Positions 29,226 to 39,641 of a stretch of DNA of 64,000 nucleotides are shown here, in pieces; position 1 is the stretch's first letter; each line of letters begins with the position of its first letter. The position numbers and the translations under genes were made by a program. The stretch is from Lysobacterales bacterium (GTDB lineage: Bacteria > Pseudomonadota > Gammaproteobacteria > Xanthomonadales > SZUA-38), in the NCBI GenBank assembly GCA_045106555.1, contig JBGCET010000014.1, positions 193,997 through 257,996 of the forward strand, given 5' to 3'. The notes beneath the pieces are model-generated. The model was not told the origin of the DNA and ran no database searches. It was given only the letters and a program-made list of their open reading frames with translations.

Positions 29226-29279
29226 ACTAGACTGTCCAGTCCAGTTGTTTTAGAATTTCTAGACTCGCTAGTTTAGAAA
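29226..29279. promoter_or_regulatory. candidate TetR operator pair in the divergent promoter region
   Basis: Imperfect palindromes ACTAGACT-gtcc-AGTCCAGT (29226-29245) and TTTCTAGAC-tcgcta-GTTTAGAAA (29256-29279). Both share a CTAGAC core. Confidence 0.3.
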
Positions 29280-29290
29280 TAGATGGGTCC

Positions 29291-30406
29291 ATGCGCAAAT
29301 TCTCCAAATTATCACTGCTGTTGAGCGTCGCTCTTGGCGCCGGATGTGGTGCGGATTCAGACCCGGAAGCAGGGTCAGTGGTCGTACAACCGGTATCAAT
29401 AGCGCCACTGACATCCCAGTCTCGGTATGAGGTTGATCGTGAATTTGCCGGTTTGGTTATGCCCGCTCAGTCTACCGACTTGGGATTTGAGCTCGGTGGA
29501 AAGATTGCGTCTCTTACGGTTAACGAAGGCGAGCACGTGAGTAGCGGATCGGTGGTGGCCGCATTGGATGTTCAATTGCTACGAGACAGACGCGATGAAC
29601 TCCGTGCGCAAAAACAAGAAATCACTGCATCAATTTCTCTTAATCGACTGAATAATAAGCGAATAGTAGATCTTGAAAGCCGAGGGTTTGCGTCCAGGCA
29701 GCGGGCAGATGAACTCCACACCGAGCACGAAACTCTGCTGGCCAGAAATGCCCAGGTGAATGCAGCGCTGAACACCAATCAAACCCGTATCGACAAATCC
29801 ACTCTGGTGGCGCCTTTCGATGGCGTGATCAGCGATCGTTTTGTGGATGTGGGGGCGGTGGTGACAGCGGGATCCCCGGTGCTGCGTCTGCTCCAGTCCA
29901 GTCGCGCTGAGGCGCGCATTGGTGTGCCGGTGCGCTTGCTGGGGTCGCTCAGCGTCGGGAAATTGGTAAAGCTGTCGGTAGGCGGCCAGATCACCCAGGG
30001 GCAAATCATTACCGTAGGCCAGGACGTGACTCAGGCCACCCTGACGGTGCCCGTGCGGGTGGCGTTGGCGCCTGATGCGCCAGCGGTTTATGGCGACCAG
30101 GCGTATCTGACGCTGCGTGAAACGGTGGAGCAATCGGGTTTCTGGGTGCCCCTTGAGGCACTCACCGAAGGCATGCGCGGCCTTTGGAACGTTTACGTCG
30201 CCAAAGCCGACGGCGATGACTATGAGATTGAAGCCCGGGACGTTCGCTTGCTGCATGCTGACGGCGCAAGAGCGTTCATTAACGGCGCGGTGACGCACGG
30301 CGAGGCGTTGGTTCAGTCCGGTCTGCATCGTCTTGTGCCAGGACAGCGGGTGATTGCTGTCGATGGTCCAGCTGCTGCTCACGTGGCCGCCCCGGTACCC
30401 CGCTGA
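29291..30406 (+). CDS. RND efflux periplasmic adaptor (membrane fusion protein)
   Basis: Lipoprotein-like signal (LGAGC), coiled-coil hairpin and barrel-sandwich pattern. It overlaps the permease start. Confidence 0.9.
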   Translation: MRKFSKLSLLLSVALGAGCGADSDPEAGSVVVQPVSIAPLTSQSRYEVDREFAGLVMPAQSTDLGFELGGKIASLTVNEGEHVSSGSVVAALDVQLLRDRRDELRAQKQEITASISLNRLNNKRIVDLESRGFASRQRADELHTEHETLLARNAQVNAALNTNQTRIDKSTLVAPFDGVISDRFVDVGAVVTAGSPVLRLLQSSRAEARIGVPVRLLGSLSVGKLVKLSVGGQITQGQIITVGQDVTQATLTVPVRVALAPDAPAVYGDQAYLTLRETVEQSGFWVPLEALTEGMRGLWNVYVAKADGDDYEIEARDVRLLHADGARAFINGAVTHGEALVQSGLHRLVPGQRVIAVDGPAAAHVAAPVPR

Positions 30407-33400
30407 TGATGGGCGACTACCTTCGCAACGGCCGGGTGCTGGCGCTCTCGGTTGCGCTGCTGCTGGTGGCGGGAATGGCCGGGATAGCCAGTCTTCCGCG
30501 CACCGAAGACCCGCAGGTTACCAATCGTCTAGCGCTGATCATTACGCCCTTTCCTGGTGCCACCCCAGAGCGGGTTGAGGCGCTCGTGTCAGAACCCATT
30601 GAGAAAGAGCTGCGCCGCCTGCCCGAAGTGAAACACACAATGTCCACTTCCAGAGCCGGGCTATCGGTCGTGCGTATCGAGCTTAAAGACTCGGTTAAGC
30701 AGACCGCTGAGGTTTGGTCCAAGGCTCGGGATTACTTGGACGACGCCGCCGGAGGGCTACCCATCGGGGTTGGCAAACCGGAGTTTCACGACGACCGAGG
30801 TTATGCCTTCACCATGATTATCGGCTTAACCTGGCAGGGGCCTGGTGAGCTGGATTTAGGCGTTCTGGGGCGCTACTCCGAGGAGCTAGACACAACCATT
30901 CGGGGTATTTCCGGCACCGACCTGGTGCGGGTTTATGGTCAGCCCAGTGAAGAAATCCTGGTGGAGATCGACGGTCCGAGGTTAACCGCGTTGGGCATGA
31001 CGCCGCAGCAGGTTGCCTCAGCGGTGGGGCGTAGCGATGCCAAGGTAGCGGCTGGCCTGATTACTAACGCCAGTAATCAGTTTCAGGTCGAAGTTGCCGG
31101 TGAACTGGATTCCCTGGAGCGTATTGCGCAGATTCCTGTGCGCGTCGATCCGAAAGGGGAAACGGTACGACTAAGTGATGTGGCGGTAGTCCGTCGCGCA
31201 ATTGTCGATCCGCCGGCAGATCTTGCCATCGTTGATGGGCAGCACTCGGTGGTGTTGGGGGTTCGCATGATTCCCGCCATGCGGGTGGACCGCTGGACCG
31301 AAACGGTGAATGAGACCCTAAACAACTTTCGTGCCTCAAGTTCCAGCAATATCGCCGTGGAGGTGCTGTTTGATCAAGATCGCTACACCACGAGCCGCCT
31401 CGGTTCGCTGATGATGAACGTACTGATGGGCTTTGTGCTGATTGTGGGTGTGCTGATGGTGACGCTGGGGTTGCGTGCGGCGGTGGTGGTGGCGCTGGCA
31501 TTGCCGCTGACTGCGGCCTTCACCCTGTCGGTGATGAAATTCTATGGCCTGCCCATTCACCAGATGTCGGTCACCGGCCTGGTCGTCGCCCTGGGCATCA
31601 TGGTGGATAACGCGATTGTCATGGTGGATTTAATCCAGCGCCGATACAGGGAAGGTCAGCGCGCCATGTCCGCGATGCTGGGTGCTATCCGCCACCTGTG
31701 GCTGCCGCTGTTGGGATCTACCCTCACCACGATTTTAGCCTTTGCACCGATAGCGTTGATGCCAGGGCCGGCCGGCGAGTTTGTCGGCGGCATTGCCTTG
31801 TCGGTGATTTTTTCACTGGTGGGTTCATACATTATTTCCCACACCGTGATCGCCGGATTGGCGGGTCGGGTGTTGCGAGCTTGCCCTCGCGGCAATCAGG
31901 GCGGCTTTATCTGGAACGGCCTGCAGACCCCAAAACTCAGCGACGGGTTTCGTGGCCTGTTGCGCGGATTTCTTCAGCGTCCCGGTCTCAGCCTGATAGT
32001 GGTGCTGGTGTTGCCCATTGCCGGTTTTGTCTCTGTAACCGGCATGACCGAGCAGTTTTTTCCGCCCGCTGACCGGGACATGTTCAGTATTGAGGTTCGC
32101 CTGCCGCCCCAGAGCAGCATCCGACGTACCGAGGGTTTGGTAACCCAGATTCGCGAAGTGCTGGAGAGAGAGCCGGCATTGGAACGCCAATCTTGGTTTA
32201 TCGGCAAAGGTGTGCCCTCGTTTTACTACAACATTATGAGCAATCGTGACGGTGAGCCGCAGTTTGCGACAGCGATGGTGGACATGACGAACTTCCGTAC
32301 CGCCGCAGAGGCCATACCCAGGCTGCAGAAATCTCTTACTCAGCGTTTTCCCCAGGCCCAGGTTGTGGTCAGAAAACTGGAGCAGGGACCACCATTTCAA
32401 GCACCCGTTGAGCTGCGCCTTTACGGTCCGAGCATGCAACAGCTCACTCGGCTGGGCGAGCAGGCCAGAAAGGTGCTATCCCAAACTCCTGACGTGGTGG
32501 CAAGCCGCGCCACGCTGGAGGATGCGGCGCCCAAAGTGGTGCTGGAAACCCGTGAGGAGGTGTCTCTGCAAAGCGGTCTTGAGCGGCTGGAGCTGGCGGC
32601 GCAACTGCAGGCGGGATTGTCAGGCCAGGTGAGTGGCTCGGTGTTGGAGGGCAATGTGGAGCTGCCGGTGCGGGTGCGGGTGGGGAACGCCAGTCGGGCC
32701 AATTTGACCGACCTGGGACAGATATATCTTTCACCCCAGCGCACGGTGGACGCAGGAGACTTTCAGGGCACGCCGGTAAGCGCTCTGGCCACTGCGTCTC
32801 TGAAGCCGTCCAGCGGCGCCATAGCCCGTCGAAACGGCCAGCGGGTGAATACCATAGAGGGGTATCTGCGCGCTGACGTGTTGCCGGACAACGTGTTGTC
32901 CAATTTTCAGCAGAAACTGAAGGACAGTGGCTTTGCGCTGCCGGCGGGCTATTCCATGGAGTATGGCGGAGAGAGCTCAGGCAGAGATAATGCGGTGGGC
33001 AATTTGCTGTCCAGCCTTGGAATCATTCTGGCGTTACTGGTGCTGGTGGTGGTGCTGTCGTTTAACTCGTTTCGTTTGAGCGCCATAATTTTCTCGGTGG
33101 CAGGTGCCTCCATGGGGTTGGGCATCTTGTGTGTGTTTGCTTTTGGCTATCCGTTTGGTTTTACCGTGATCGTCGCATTGATGGGTTTGATGGGGTTAGC
33201 GATTAATGGCGCCATCGTCATTTTGGCCGAGCTCAAAGGCGACCCTGCGGCCTGTCGCGGCGACCTGGAACCCACTATCAACGGCGTAATGAGCTGCACT
33301 CGGCATATCAGTTCCACCACCATCACAACGGTGGGTGGCTTCATGCCGTTAATTTTGGAAGGCGGCGGCTTTTGGCCACCGTTTGCCATCGCCATTGCCG

Positions 33401-33567
33401 GCGGAACGGTTCTGACAACCACGCTGTCGTTGGTGTTCACGCCGTTGGCGTTTCGGTTTTTTGCCCGCAGACGATCCTTTGATGTGAAAACTGAAGATTC
33501 TGCAGACTTGATCATGCTGGATCAATCTACGCCAGCGGCGCCAGCTGATTTTCGTCAAAGCGCTTAA
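30406..33567 (+). CDS. RND efflux permease (AcrB family)
   Basis: 1053 aa with 12-TM and two-large-loop architecture. Contains GIMVDNAIVMVD and the ITTVGGFMPL string. Confidence 0.9.
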   Translation: MMGDYLRNGRVLALSVALLLVAGMAGIASLPRTEDPQVTNRLALIITPFPGATPERVEALVSEPIEKELRRLPEVKHTMSTSRAGLSVVRIELKDSVKQTAEVWSKARDYLDDAAGGLPIGVGKPEFHDDRGYAFTMIIGLTWQGPGELDLGVLGRYSEELDTTIRGISGTDLVRVYGQPSEEILVEIDGPRLTALGMTPQQVASAVGRSDAKVAAGLITNASNQFQVEVAGELDSLERIAQIPVRVDPKGETVRLSDVAVVRRAIVDPPADLAIVDGQHSVVLGVRMIPAMRVDRWTETVNETLNNFRASSSSNIAVEVLFDQDRYTTSRLGSLMMNVLMGFVLIVGVLMVTLGLRAAVVVALALPLTAAFTLSVMKFYGLPIHQMSVTGLVVALGIMVDNAIVMVDLIQRRYREGQRAMSAMLGAIRHLWLPLLGSTLTTILAFAPIALMPGPAGEFVGGIALSVIFSLVGSYIISHTVIAGLAGRVLRACPRGNQGGFIWNGLQTPKLSDGFRGLLRGFLQRPGLSLIVVLVLPIAGFVSVTGMTEQFFPPADRDMFSIEVRLPPQSSIRRTEGLVTQIREVLEREPALERQSWFIGKGVPSFYYNIMSNRDGEPQFATAMVDMTNFRTAAEAIPRLQKSLTQRFPQAQVVVRKLEQGPPFQAPVELRLYGPSMQQLTRLGEQARKVLSQTPDVVASRATLEDAAPKVVLETREEVSLQSGLERLELAAQLQAGLSGQVSGSVLEGNVELPVRVRVGNASRANLTDLGQIYLSPQRTVDAGDFQGTPVSALATASLKPSSGAIARRNGQRVNTIEGYLRADVLPDNVLSNFQQKLKDSGFALPAGYSMEYGGESSGRDNAVGNLLSSLGIILALLVLVVVLSFNSFRLSAIIFSVAGASMGLGILCVFAFGYPFGFTVIVALMGLMGLAINGAIVILAELKGDPAACRGDLEPTINGVMSCTRHISSTTITTVGGFMPLILEGGGFWPPFAIAIAGGTVLTTTLSLVFTPLAFRFFARRRSFDVKTEDSADLIMLDQSTPAAPADFRQSA

Positions 33568-33587
33568 TTGCCGATGTTGAGAAACGG

Positions 33588-34982
33588 TTAGCGTTTCGGC
33601 AATGGCTCGGTGACGCGGCGATAGTTGCCAAAGGGTCCCTGCAACAGCAGTGTGCCTTCATGCTCTACAAAGGCGGTGGTGGCTACCGGCTCAAAGCGTC
33701 GCCGAAAATGCCAGCGCGATAACGGCACCATATGCTGGCTTGCTCCATCTCGGTCCAGCCACAATCGGCCGTCGCGCAAAGCAATCACAAGCTCGTTGCT
33801 GGATGGATTACCCGGAAAGCGGTAGGTGACCTGTTGATAGCGACCTGCCAGCGACTGGAGATGCGTCATGGGCTGAGGTACTCCAGCCTGATAGGCAGGG
33901 GTCAGTCCGTTGACGATATAGTCCATCACGCGGCGCTTCATGGCCCGTAGGGTGTTTCCCTGAAAGGCGTTAATCATTACGCAAAAACCCTGCTTGGCGT
34001 CCAGGCTGTACGCGCAATGGGTGAGGTAGCCGTCGGCATCACCGCCGTGCCCGTGAAACACAAAACCTTTATGAACCTGATGGTAATTGCCCAGACCATA
34101 GCCAAAGGTGAGGCCAGACAGGGCTGCCGCGGTAGACGCCGGGTTTTCCATACGGGTAATTTGCGCTGGACTGAAAATTTCCTTGCCATCAAGAGTGCCC
34201 CGGCCCAGCAGCATTTGAAGAAATCGCCCGAGCTCGGAGAATGGCAGATTGAGTCCGCCGAAGGGTCGATACAGCACATGCCAGTAGCGAATAGGGGTGC
34301 GCCCGTCGCGATCGTAGCCGCCAATCAGTTGGGGCTGCACTCCGGCGGAAAAGGTGGCGTGGTTCATCCCCATCGGCCGTAAAACCTGTTCGGTCACGTA
34401 CTGCTCGAAATCGATTTTCAGCACCTGCTCTGCGGCGGCAGCGGCAACCCCTGCGCCGCTGTTGGAGTAGGAGCTGTGCAAGCCTGCGGGCCAGTTCAGC
34501 GCGCGGGACTGCGGCGCCACCGCCAGAGCCTCAGTCAAGGGCAGGGGAATATTGTGGTCCCACTCTTCGCGCACCATGTCCGTTAGTCCGGCGCTGTGCT
34601 CCAGCAGTTGTTCGAGGGTAACCGGGTGTTCGTCTTGCCACGGATTACTGACCCAATGGGCAGCGTCAAGGGCGCCAAGGGGAGCATCCAGCGGCAATTT
34701 ACCTTGTTCCGCGGCGCGCAGGAATGCCAGGCCAACAAACGCTTTGGTTACCGACCCAATGCGCACCCAGGCGTCGGGATGCATGGGTTGAGGGTTGTGC
34801 CAATGGGTGATGCCAAATCCCCCAGCGTGGCGAATTTGATTGTCGTCGACAATAATCACCGCACCGCCGGCCACGCCAGCCTTTTCGCGCTGTTCGTTAA
34901 GGTCTTTCAGCAGGCTGTCGAAGGTGTCTGCAGAGTGAGTCTGTGCGCTCACCAGTAAACACAACAGAGCAAATCGCCGCAC
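33588..34982 (-). CDS. serine hydrolase, beta-lactamase/transpeptidase-like family
   Basis: Signal peptide, SVTKAF (SxxK) motif and YSNSG (YxN). Confidence 0.85.
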   Translation of the reverse strand: MRRFALLCLLVSAQTHSADTFDSLLKDLNEQREKAGVAGGAVIIVDDNQIRHAGGFGITHWHNPQPMHPDAWVRIGSVTKAFVGLAFLRAAEQGKLPLDAPLGALDAAHWVSNPWQDEHPVTLEQLLEHSAGLTDMVREEWDHNIPLPLTEALAVAPQSRALNWPAGLHSSYSNSGAGVAAAAAEQVLKIDFEQYVTEQVLRPMGMNHATFSAGVQPQLIGGYDRDGRTPIRYWHVLYRPFGGLNLPFSELGRFLQMLLGRGTLDGKEIFSPAQITRMENPASTAAALSGLTFGYGLGNYHQVHKGFVFHGHGGDADGYLTHCAYSLDAKQGFCVMINAFQGNTLRAMKRRVMDYIVNGLTPAYQAGVPQPMTHLQSLAGRYQQVTYRFPGNPSSNELVIALRDGRLWLDRDGASQHMVPLSRWHFRRRFEPVATTAFVEHEGTLLLQGPFGNYRRVTEPLPKR

Positions 34983-34985
34983 CGG

Positions 34986-36827
34986 TTAGTAGAGCTGGTA
35001 GGCGTAGACAAGCAGCGCAGTGAGCGTTATCCAAACCAGTATCAGGAGAGGAATGCCCACTTTCACGAAGTCGATGAACTTGTATCCACCGGCGTTCATC
35101 ACCAGTAGATTGGTTTGGTAGGCCATCGGGGTACAGAAACTCAAGTTTGCGCCAAATAATACCGCCAGCACAAAAGGCTCCACCGGCAGGCCCAGCTGGG
35201 TGGCGATTTCGATGGCAATCGGTGTGCCAATGACCGCCGCCGCGTTGTTGGACACCACGTTCGTCATAATGCCCATCAGCAAAATGAGACCAGCGAGAAC
35301 CGCTGAGGGCGGCAGGCCAAAAGTGGCGGCAAGAAACAGGTCCGCCATGAAAGCGGCGCCACCGGTTCGCATTAACGCCACGCCCAGAGCCAGCGACGCA
35401 ACAACAATCAAGATCACCTGAGACGACAGCGCGGCGGTGGCATCTCGCCAATTCAGGCAGCCGGAAACAATCATGATGAACACGCCGGCCAGCGCGCTGA
35501 CCTCAATGGGGACAAACCCCAGCGCCGCGGCGCCTACCACACCAATCAGGGTCAGCAGCGCGATGGGTGCCTTGGTGGTGTGGGGCAGCGTAGTGCTGCC
35601 ATCAAGCACCAGAAAATCACCGCTGATTTTGGTGTTGGTCAGTTCTTCCGGGCTGGACTGAACCAGCAGCACGTCGCCGGCCAGCAGCGTCACTTCATCG
35701 ATGTCTCTGCTGCGTCGTGACTCTTCGCGTTCGGCTCGGTGCAGGGCCAGAAAGCGCAGTCCATAACGGCTTTGCAACCGGGCCTGGTTGAGCCGGGTAC
35801 CCACTAACCTGGAGCCGGACGTAATAGCCACCTCTGCCAGTTGCTGACCGCCGGCGCTCAGTGGATGCTCTTCGTCGACCAGAGTGTCGCCGGAATACAG
35901 CTTGCCGCCCAGTTGGCGGGCAAATTCCCGCAGTCGATTGGGGGTGTCGGAGGTACTCAGCCGGTCTCCGGCGCGCAGCTCAACGTCGGGTAATGGAGTA
36001 ACAAATACGCCCACCTCACGCTGAATTTTTTCAATTTTCAGCGCACCCTCGGTGCGTTCCACGGCCTGGGTGAGGGTTTGTCCCACCACCGGGCTGTCTT
36101 CTTCCAGTACCAGTTGAGCGGTAAACACCCGAGAGGACACGTTTTCCAGCGGAGCTTGGCGTGGTGGCACCAGCCGTGGCGCCACCAGCCACAGGTACAA
36201 AATAGCCACCAGGCCAGCCACGCCGGCAATGCGGACAAAATCAAACATGGCAAACGGCGCAACGCCCATATCTTCGGCGACGGACACCACCAACAGGTTG
36301 GTTGAGGTGCCTATGGTGGTGGACATGCCGCCCAATAGGCTGGCCAGCCCCATGGGCAGCAGGGTAGAGGTGGGTGAAGCATTGGTGCGCACCGCAACAC
36401 CGATCAGGATGGGCAGCATCAGCACCACAATTGGCGTGTTGTTAATAAATGCGCTCAGTGTGGCCGTGATCAGGAGCGTAGCAAGCAGTGAGATCAGCGG
36501 GCCCCGCCGCCAGAGTTTGGCAAGCCACCGTCCCACAGGTTCAAGGGCGCCGGTCCTTACCAGGCCGTTGCCAACAATCATCAGCGCGCACACGGCAACC
36601 AGCGCCTTATGGCCAAAACCATGGAAGAAATCGGTGACTTCCAGCGGGCCGTCCAACGATTCATAAGGAAACAAGCGAAAACCCACCGCCAGCACCACAA
36701 GGACAAACAAGCTGGTGGTTTCCAGTGGGATGCTCTCGCGGGTAAACAACACCAGCGCTAGCCCGGTAAGGCCTAGCACCGCAATGGCGTGGGGATCTGG
36801 CATGGTGATATCCATAACGTCGATCAT
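34986..36827 (-). CDS. SLC13/DASS-type anion permease with central TrkA-C domains
   Basis: 613 aa with N- and C-terminal multi-TM halves. They are separated by two soluble repeats (QLVLEEDSPVVGQTL..., AEVAITSGSRLVGTRL...) typical of TrkA-C. Confidence 0.85.
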   Translation of the reverse strand: MIDVMDITMPDPHAIAVLGLTGLALVLFTRESIPLETTSLFVLVVLAVGFRLFPYESLDGPLEVTDFFHGFGHKALVAVCALMIVGNGLVRTGALEPVGRWLAKLWRRGPLISLLATLLITATLSAFINNTPIVVLMLPILIGVAVRTNASPTSTLLPMGLASLLGGMSTTIGTSTNLLVVSVAEDMGVAPFAMFDFVRIAGVAGLVAILYLWLVAPRLVPPRQAPLENVSSRVFTAQLVLEEDSPVVGQTLTQAVERTEGALKIEKIQREVGVFVTPLPDVELRAGDRLSTSDTPNRLREFARQLGGKLYSGDTLVDEEHPLSAGGQQLAEVAITSGSRLVGTRLNQARLQSRYGLRFLALHRAEREESRRSRDIDEVTLLAGDVLLVQSSPEELTNTKISGDFLVLDGSTTLPHTTKAPIALLTLIGVVGAAALGFVPIEVSALAGVFIMIVSGCLNWRDATAALSSQVILIVVASLALGVALMRTGGAAFMADLFLAATFGLPPSAVLAGLILLMGIMTNVVSNNAAAVIGTPIAIEIATQLGLPVEPFVLAVLFGANLSFCTPMAYQTNLLVMNAGGYKFIDFVKVGIPLLILVWITLTALLVYAYQLY

Positions 36828-36920
36828 AAAGGGCTACAGGTCGCGCGGCCAGCAGTTGAGGGGTCGCGCGCAGCCAAGTATGCTCGGCATTGACTCCCCG
36901 GCTCAGGTCTACAACGGAGC

Positions 36921-37541
36921 ATGAAGAACACCCAATTGCCCACTGCCGCTGAGGCGCTGGTTGGTCGCGACGATGCGATGCCGGTGCCCGAGGGGCACCA
37001 TCTGTCGGCGGCAACCATGGTGCCCCCGTTTCCTGATGATACCGAGGCAGCACTGTTTGGAATGGGGTGTTTCTGGGGGGCTGAACGACGGTTTTGGGAA
37101 TTGGCTGGGGTTTACTCAACCCAGGTGGGTTACGCGGGAGGGTTAACCCCCAACCCGACCTATCAGGAAGTCTGCACAGGACATACGGGTCATGCTGAGG
37201 TGGTTCGTGTGGTGTACTTTCCGGCTGAGATTGGGTTCGATCAGTTACTCAAGGTGTTTTGGGAAGCCCACGACCCGACCCAGGGTATGGGCCAGGGTAC
37301 TGATATTGGCACGCAATATCGGTCGGTGATATTTGTCGACAACGACACCCACATGCAGATGGCCAGGAGCAGCGCCGAGCGATACGAAACGGCCCTGATA
37401 TCGTCTGGACATGGCCCGATTACCACCGAGATCGGCCCCGTGGGCGTGTTTTATTACGCGGAGGAATATCATCAGCAGTATTTGAGTAAGAACGCGTCTG
37501 GGTACTGCGGGCTGGCAGGCACCGGCGTTGTTGCTGACTAG
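36921..37541 (+). CDS. msrA: peptide-methionine (S)-S-oxide reductase
   Basis: GMGCFWGAE active-site motif and the EEYHQQYL C-terminal motif. Confidence 0.92.
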   Translation: MKNTQLPTAAEALVGRDDAMPVPEGHHLSAATMVPPFPDDTEAALFGMGCFWGAERRFWELAGVYSTQVGYAGGLTPNPTYQEVCTGHTGHAEVVRVVYFPAEIGFDQLLKVFWEAHDPTQGMGQGTDIGTQYRSVIFVDNDTHMQMARSSAERYETALISSGHGPITTEIGPVGVFYYAEEYHQQYLSKNASGYCGLAGTGVVAD

Positions 37542-37602
37542 GTATCCCCAACCACCCATCCACCGAATTATTACAACTATTGCGCAACGGAGACCCCCGT
37601 TT

Positions 37603-39579
37603 ATGAAATCCCGAATTTCCTTGGCTCTGATCCTATCGGTGTGGCTGCCGCTGACCGCAACCAGCGCTGACGTGCCGGTTCGCACACTCAACAACGGCAA
37701 CCTGGTGCTATCCGATATTCCAGAAATTCCGGCTAGTTTGGCGACGGACCTCAATCGTTACGAAAACGTGCGGTCGGGATCCTTTCTAGAATGGACAAAA
37801 GACGGCAAGTCGCTGTTTATCAGCACTCGGTTTTCGGAAACCAGTCAGGTGCATCGGGTCGACATGCCTGGCGGTGCCCGCCATCAGCTGACGTTTTTTA
37901 AAGAGCCGGTGAGCGGTGTGCAGCGCCAGCCCAAAGGAAACCTTTTGAGCTTCTTGATGGATACCGGCGGCAGCGAATTTGACCAGCTTTATGTGTTTGA
38001 TCCCAGCGATGGCGAAAGCCGTATGGTCAGTGACGGCGAATCTCGCAATGGCGCCGTGCTGTGGGATCAGGAGGGCCAAAATATGGCGTTCCAAAGCACC
38101 CGACGTAATGGCCGGTCCAACGATATCTGGTGGATGCCCCACGATAAACCTGAGCAGGCCAAAGTGGCTCTGGAAGCGCCTGATGGCGCTTGGTGGGGGC
38201 CGTCAGATTTCAGTCCTGACGGCGAACAGCTGTTGGTCCAGCAGTATGTGTCGGTTACCGATTCCAGCCTTTATTTGCTCAATCTGGGAACGGGCGAAAA
38301 ACAGGTTCTGGCGGGCGGAAAACCTCAGTCCCCGGGGCGTAACCTGGGATCGTCGTTTGACCGGGACGGGCGTGGTATTTATTACCTGACCGACAGCGGC
38401 AGCCCGTATGCCCGATTGGCCTACAAGACGCTGGAGCCTGGGGCTACGGCACAGATCATTACCGAAGATATATCCTGGGATGTCAGCTCTTACGCCCTGA
38501 ACGATGACAAAACCCGGGGCGCCTTCGTGGTGAACGAAGAAGGTTTCGGTCGCCTGTATTTGTTGGATCTGGCCAATCATCGTTACGAGGCCGTGGAAGG
38601 AATACCCACCGGGCTGGTGGGAGGACTAACCTTTAGCCCCGATGGCAAACGCCTGGCCATGACGTTGAATACGCCCCAAACCCCCAGCGACACCTACGTG
38701 CTGGATCTGGGTCGTGGCGCGCTGAAATACCAGACATTGACTCGCTGGACCTACAGTGAAGTAGGCGGCATGGATACATCGAAATTTTCGGTACCCCAGC
38801 TGGTTCGTTTCCCCACCTTTGATCAGGTGGGCGGTAAAGATCGCACGATTCCGGCATTTGTTTACAAGCCGTCCAGCGACGGTCCACACCCGGTGATTAT
38901 TTCCATTCACGGCGGACCCGAAGGGCAGTTTCGACCCGCTTTTCGCAGCACCTACCAGCTTTGGATCGACCAGTTGGGTGCGGCAGTAATTGCACCTAAT
39001 GTGCGCGGCTCAGCCGGCTATGGCAAAGATTACGTGGCGCTGGACAACGGCTACAAGCGGGAAGACTCGGTGAAAGACATTGGTGCACTGCTGGATTGGG
39101 TAGCGACCCAGCCCGATCTGGATTCTGACCGGGTGGCCGTGATTGGCGGCAGCTATGGCGGGTACATGGTGCTGGCCAGTGCCGTGCACTATTCCGATCG
39201 CCTGAAAGCGGCGGTAGACATTGTGGGTATCAGTAATTTTGTGACGTTTTTGGAAAACACCCAGGCCTATCGTCAGGATCTGCGTCGTCCTGAATATGGC
39301 GACGAGCGCATTCCGGAAATGCGCGAGTTTCTCAATCGGATCAGTCCACTGAACAATATCCAGAAAATTCAGGTGCCATTATTTGTCGTACAGGGTCAGA
39401 ACGACCCGCGGGTGCCGGTAACGGAGGCCGAACAGGTGGTTGCTGCAGTGCGCGAACAGGGCCAGCAAGTCTGGTACATGAACGCGTTGGATGAAGGTCA
39501 CGGATACGCGCGCAAAGCCAATCAGGATATTTATCGTCAGGCCGTGGTGTTGTTCTTTCAACAAAACTTGCTGAAGTAA
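37603..39579 (+). CDS. S9-family serine peptidase (prolyl oligopeptidase/dipeptidyl peptidase-like) with N-terminal beta-propeller
   Basis: Signal peptide from the ATG at 37603, GGSYGGY nucleophile elbow, and the C-terminal Asp/His region (QGQNDPRV, DEGHGY). Confidence 0.9.
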   Translation: MKSRISLALILSVWLPLTATSADVPVRTLNNGNLVLSDIPEIPASLATDLNRYENVRSGSFLEWTKDGKSLFISTRFSETSQVHRVDMPGGARHQLTFFKEPVSGVQRQPKGNLLSFLMDTGGSEFDQLYVFDPSDGESRMVSDGESRNGAVLWDQEGQNMAFQSTRRNGRSNDIWWMPHDKPEQAKVALEAPDGAWWGPSDFSPDGEQLLVQQYVSVTDSSLYLLNLGTGEKQVLAGGKPQSPGRNLGSSFDRDGRGIYYLTDSGSPYARLAYKTLEPGATAQIITEDISWDVSSYALNDDKTRGAFVVNEEGFGRLYLLDLANHRYEAVEGIPTGLVGGLTFSPDGKRLAMTLNTPQTPSDTYVLDLGRGALKYQTLTRWTYSEVGGMDTSKFSVPQLVRFPTFDQVGGKDRTIPAFVYKPSSDGPHPVIISIHGGPEGQFRPAFRSTYQLWIDQLGAAVIAPNVRGSAGYGKDYVALDNGYKREDSVKDIGALLDWVATQPDLDSDRVAVIGGSYGGYMVLASAVHYSDRLKAAVDIVGISNFVTFLENTQAYRQDLRRPEYGDERIPEMREFLNRISPLNNIQKIQVPLFVVQGQNDPRVPVTEAEQVVAAVREQGQQVWYMNALDEGHGYARKANQDIYRQAVVLFFQQNLLK

Positions 39580-39598
39580 CTGGGGCCGTTGGACATCC

Positions 39599-39634
39599 GC
39601 CTGTGAGGTTCCAACCTCACAGGCGTTTTGTTTT
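39599..39634 (+). terminator. intrinsic terminator after the S9 peptidase gene
   Basis: GCCTGTGAGGTT-cc-AACCTCACAGGC is a perfect 12-bp stem followed by GTTTTGTTTT. Confidence 0.85.
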
Positions 39635-39641
39635 AGGACAA

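Noticed and set aside
29630-30382. Long antisense ORFs inside well-supported genes. Examples are 29630..30382, 31825..32439, 50722..51453, 54337..54945, 52631..53194, 42712..43269, 46821..47390, 5335..5838 and 37245..37754.
   Set aside because: These are typical GC-rich shadow frames. Their products are Arg/Pro/His-rich and low-complexity, with no motifs. Each fully overlaps a gene with clear family signatures on the other strand.
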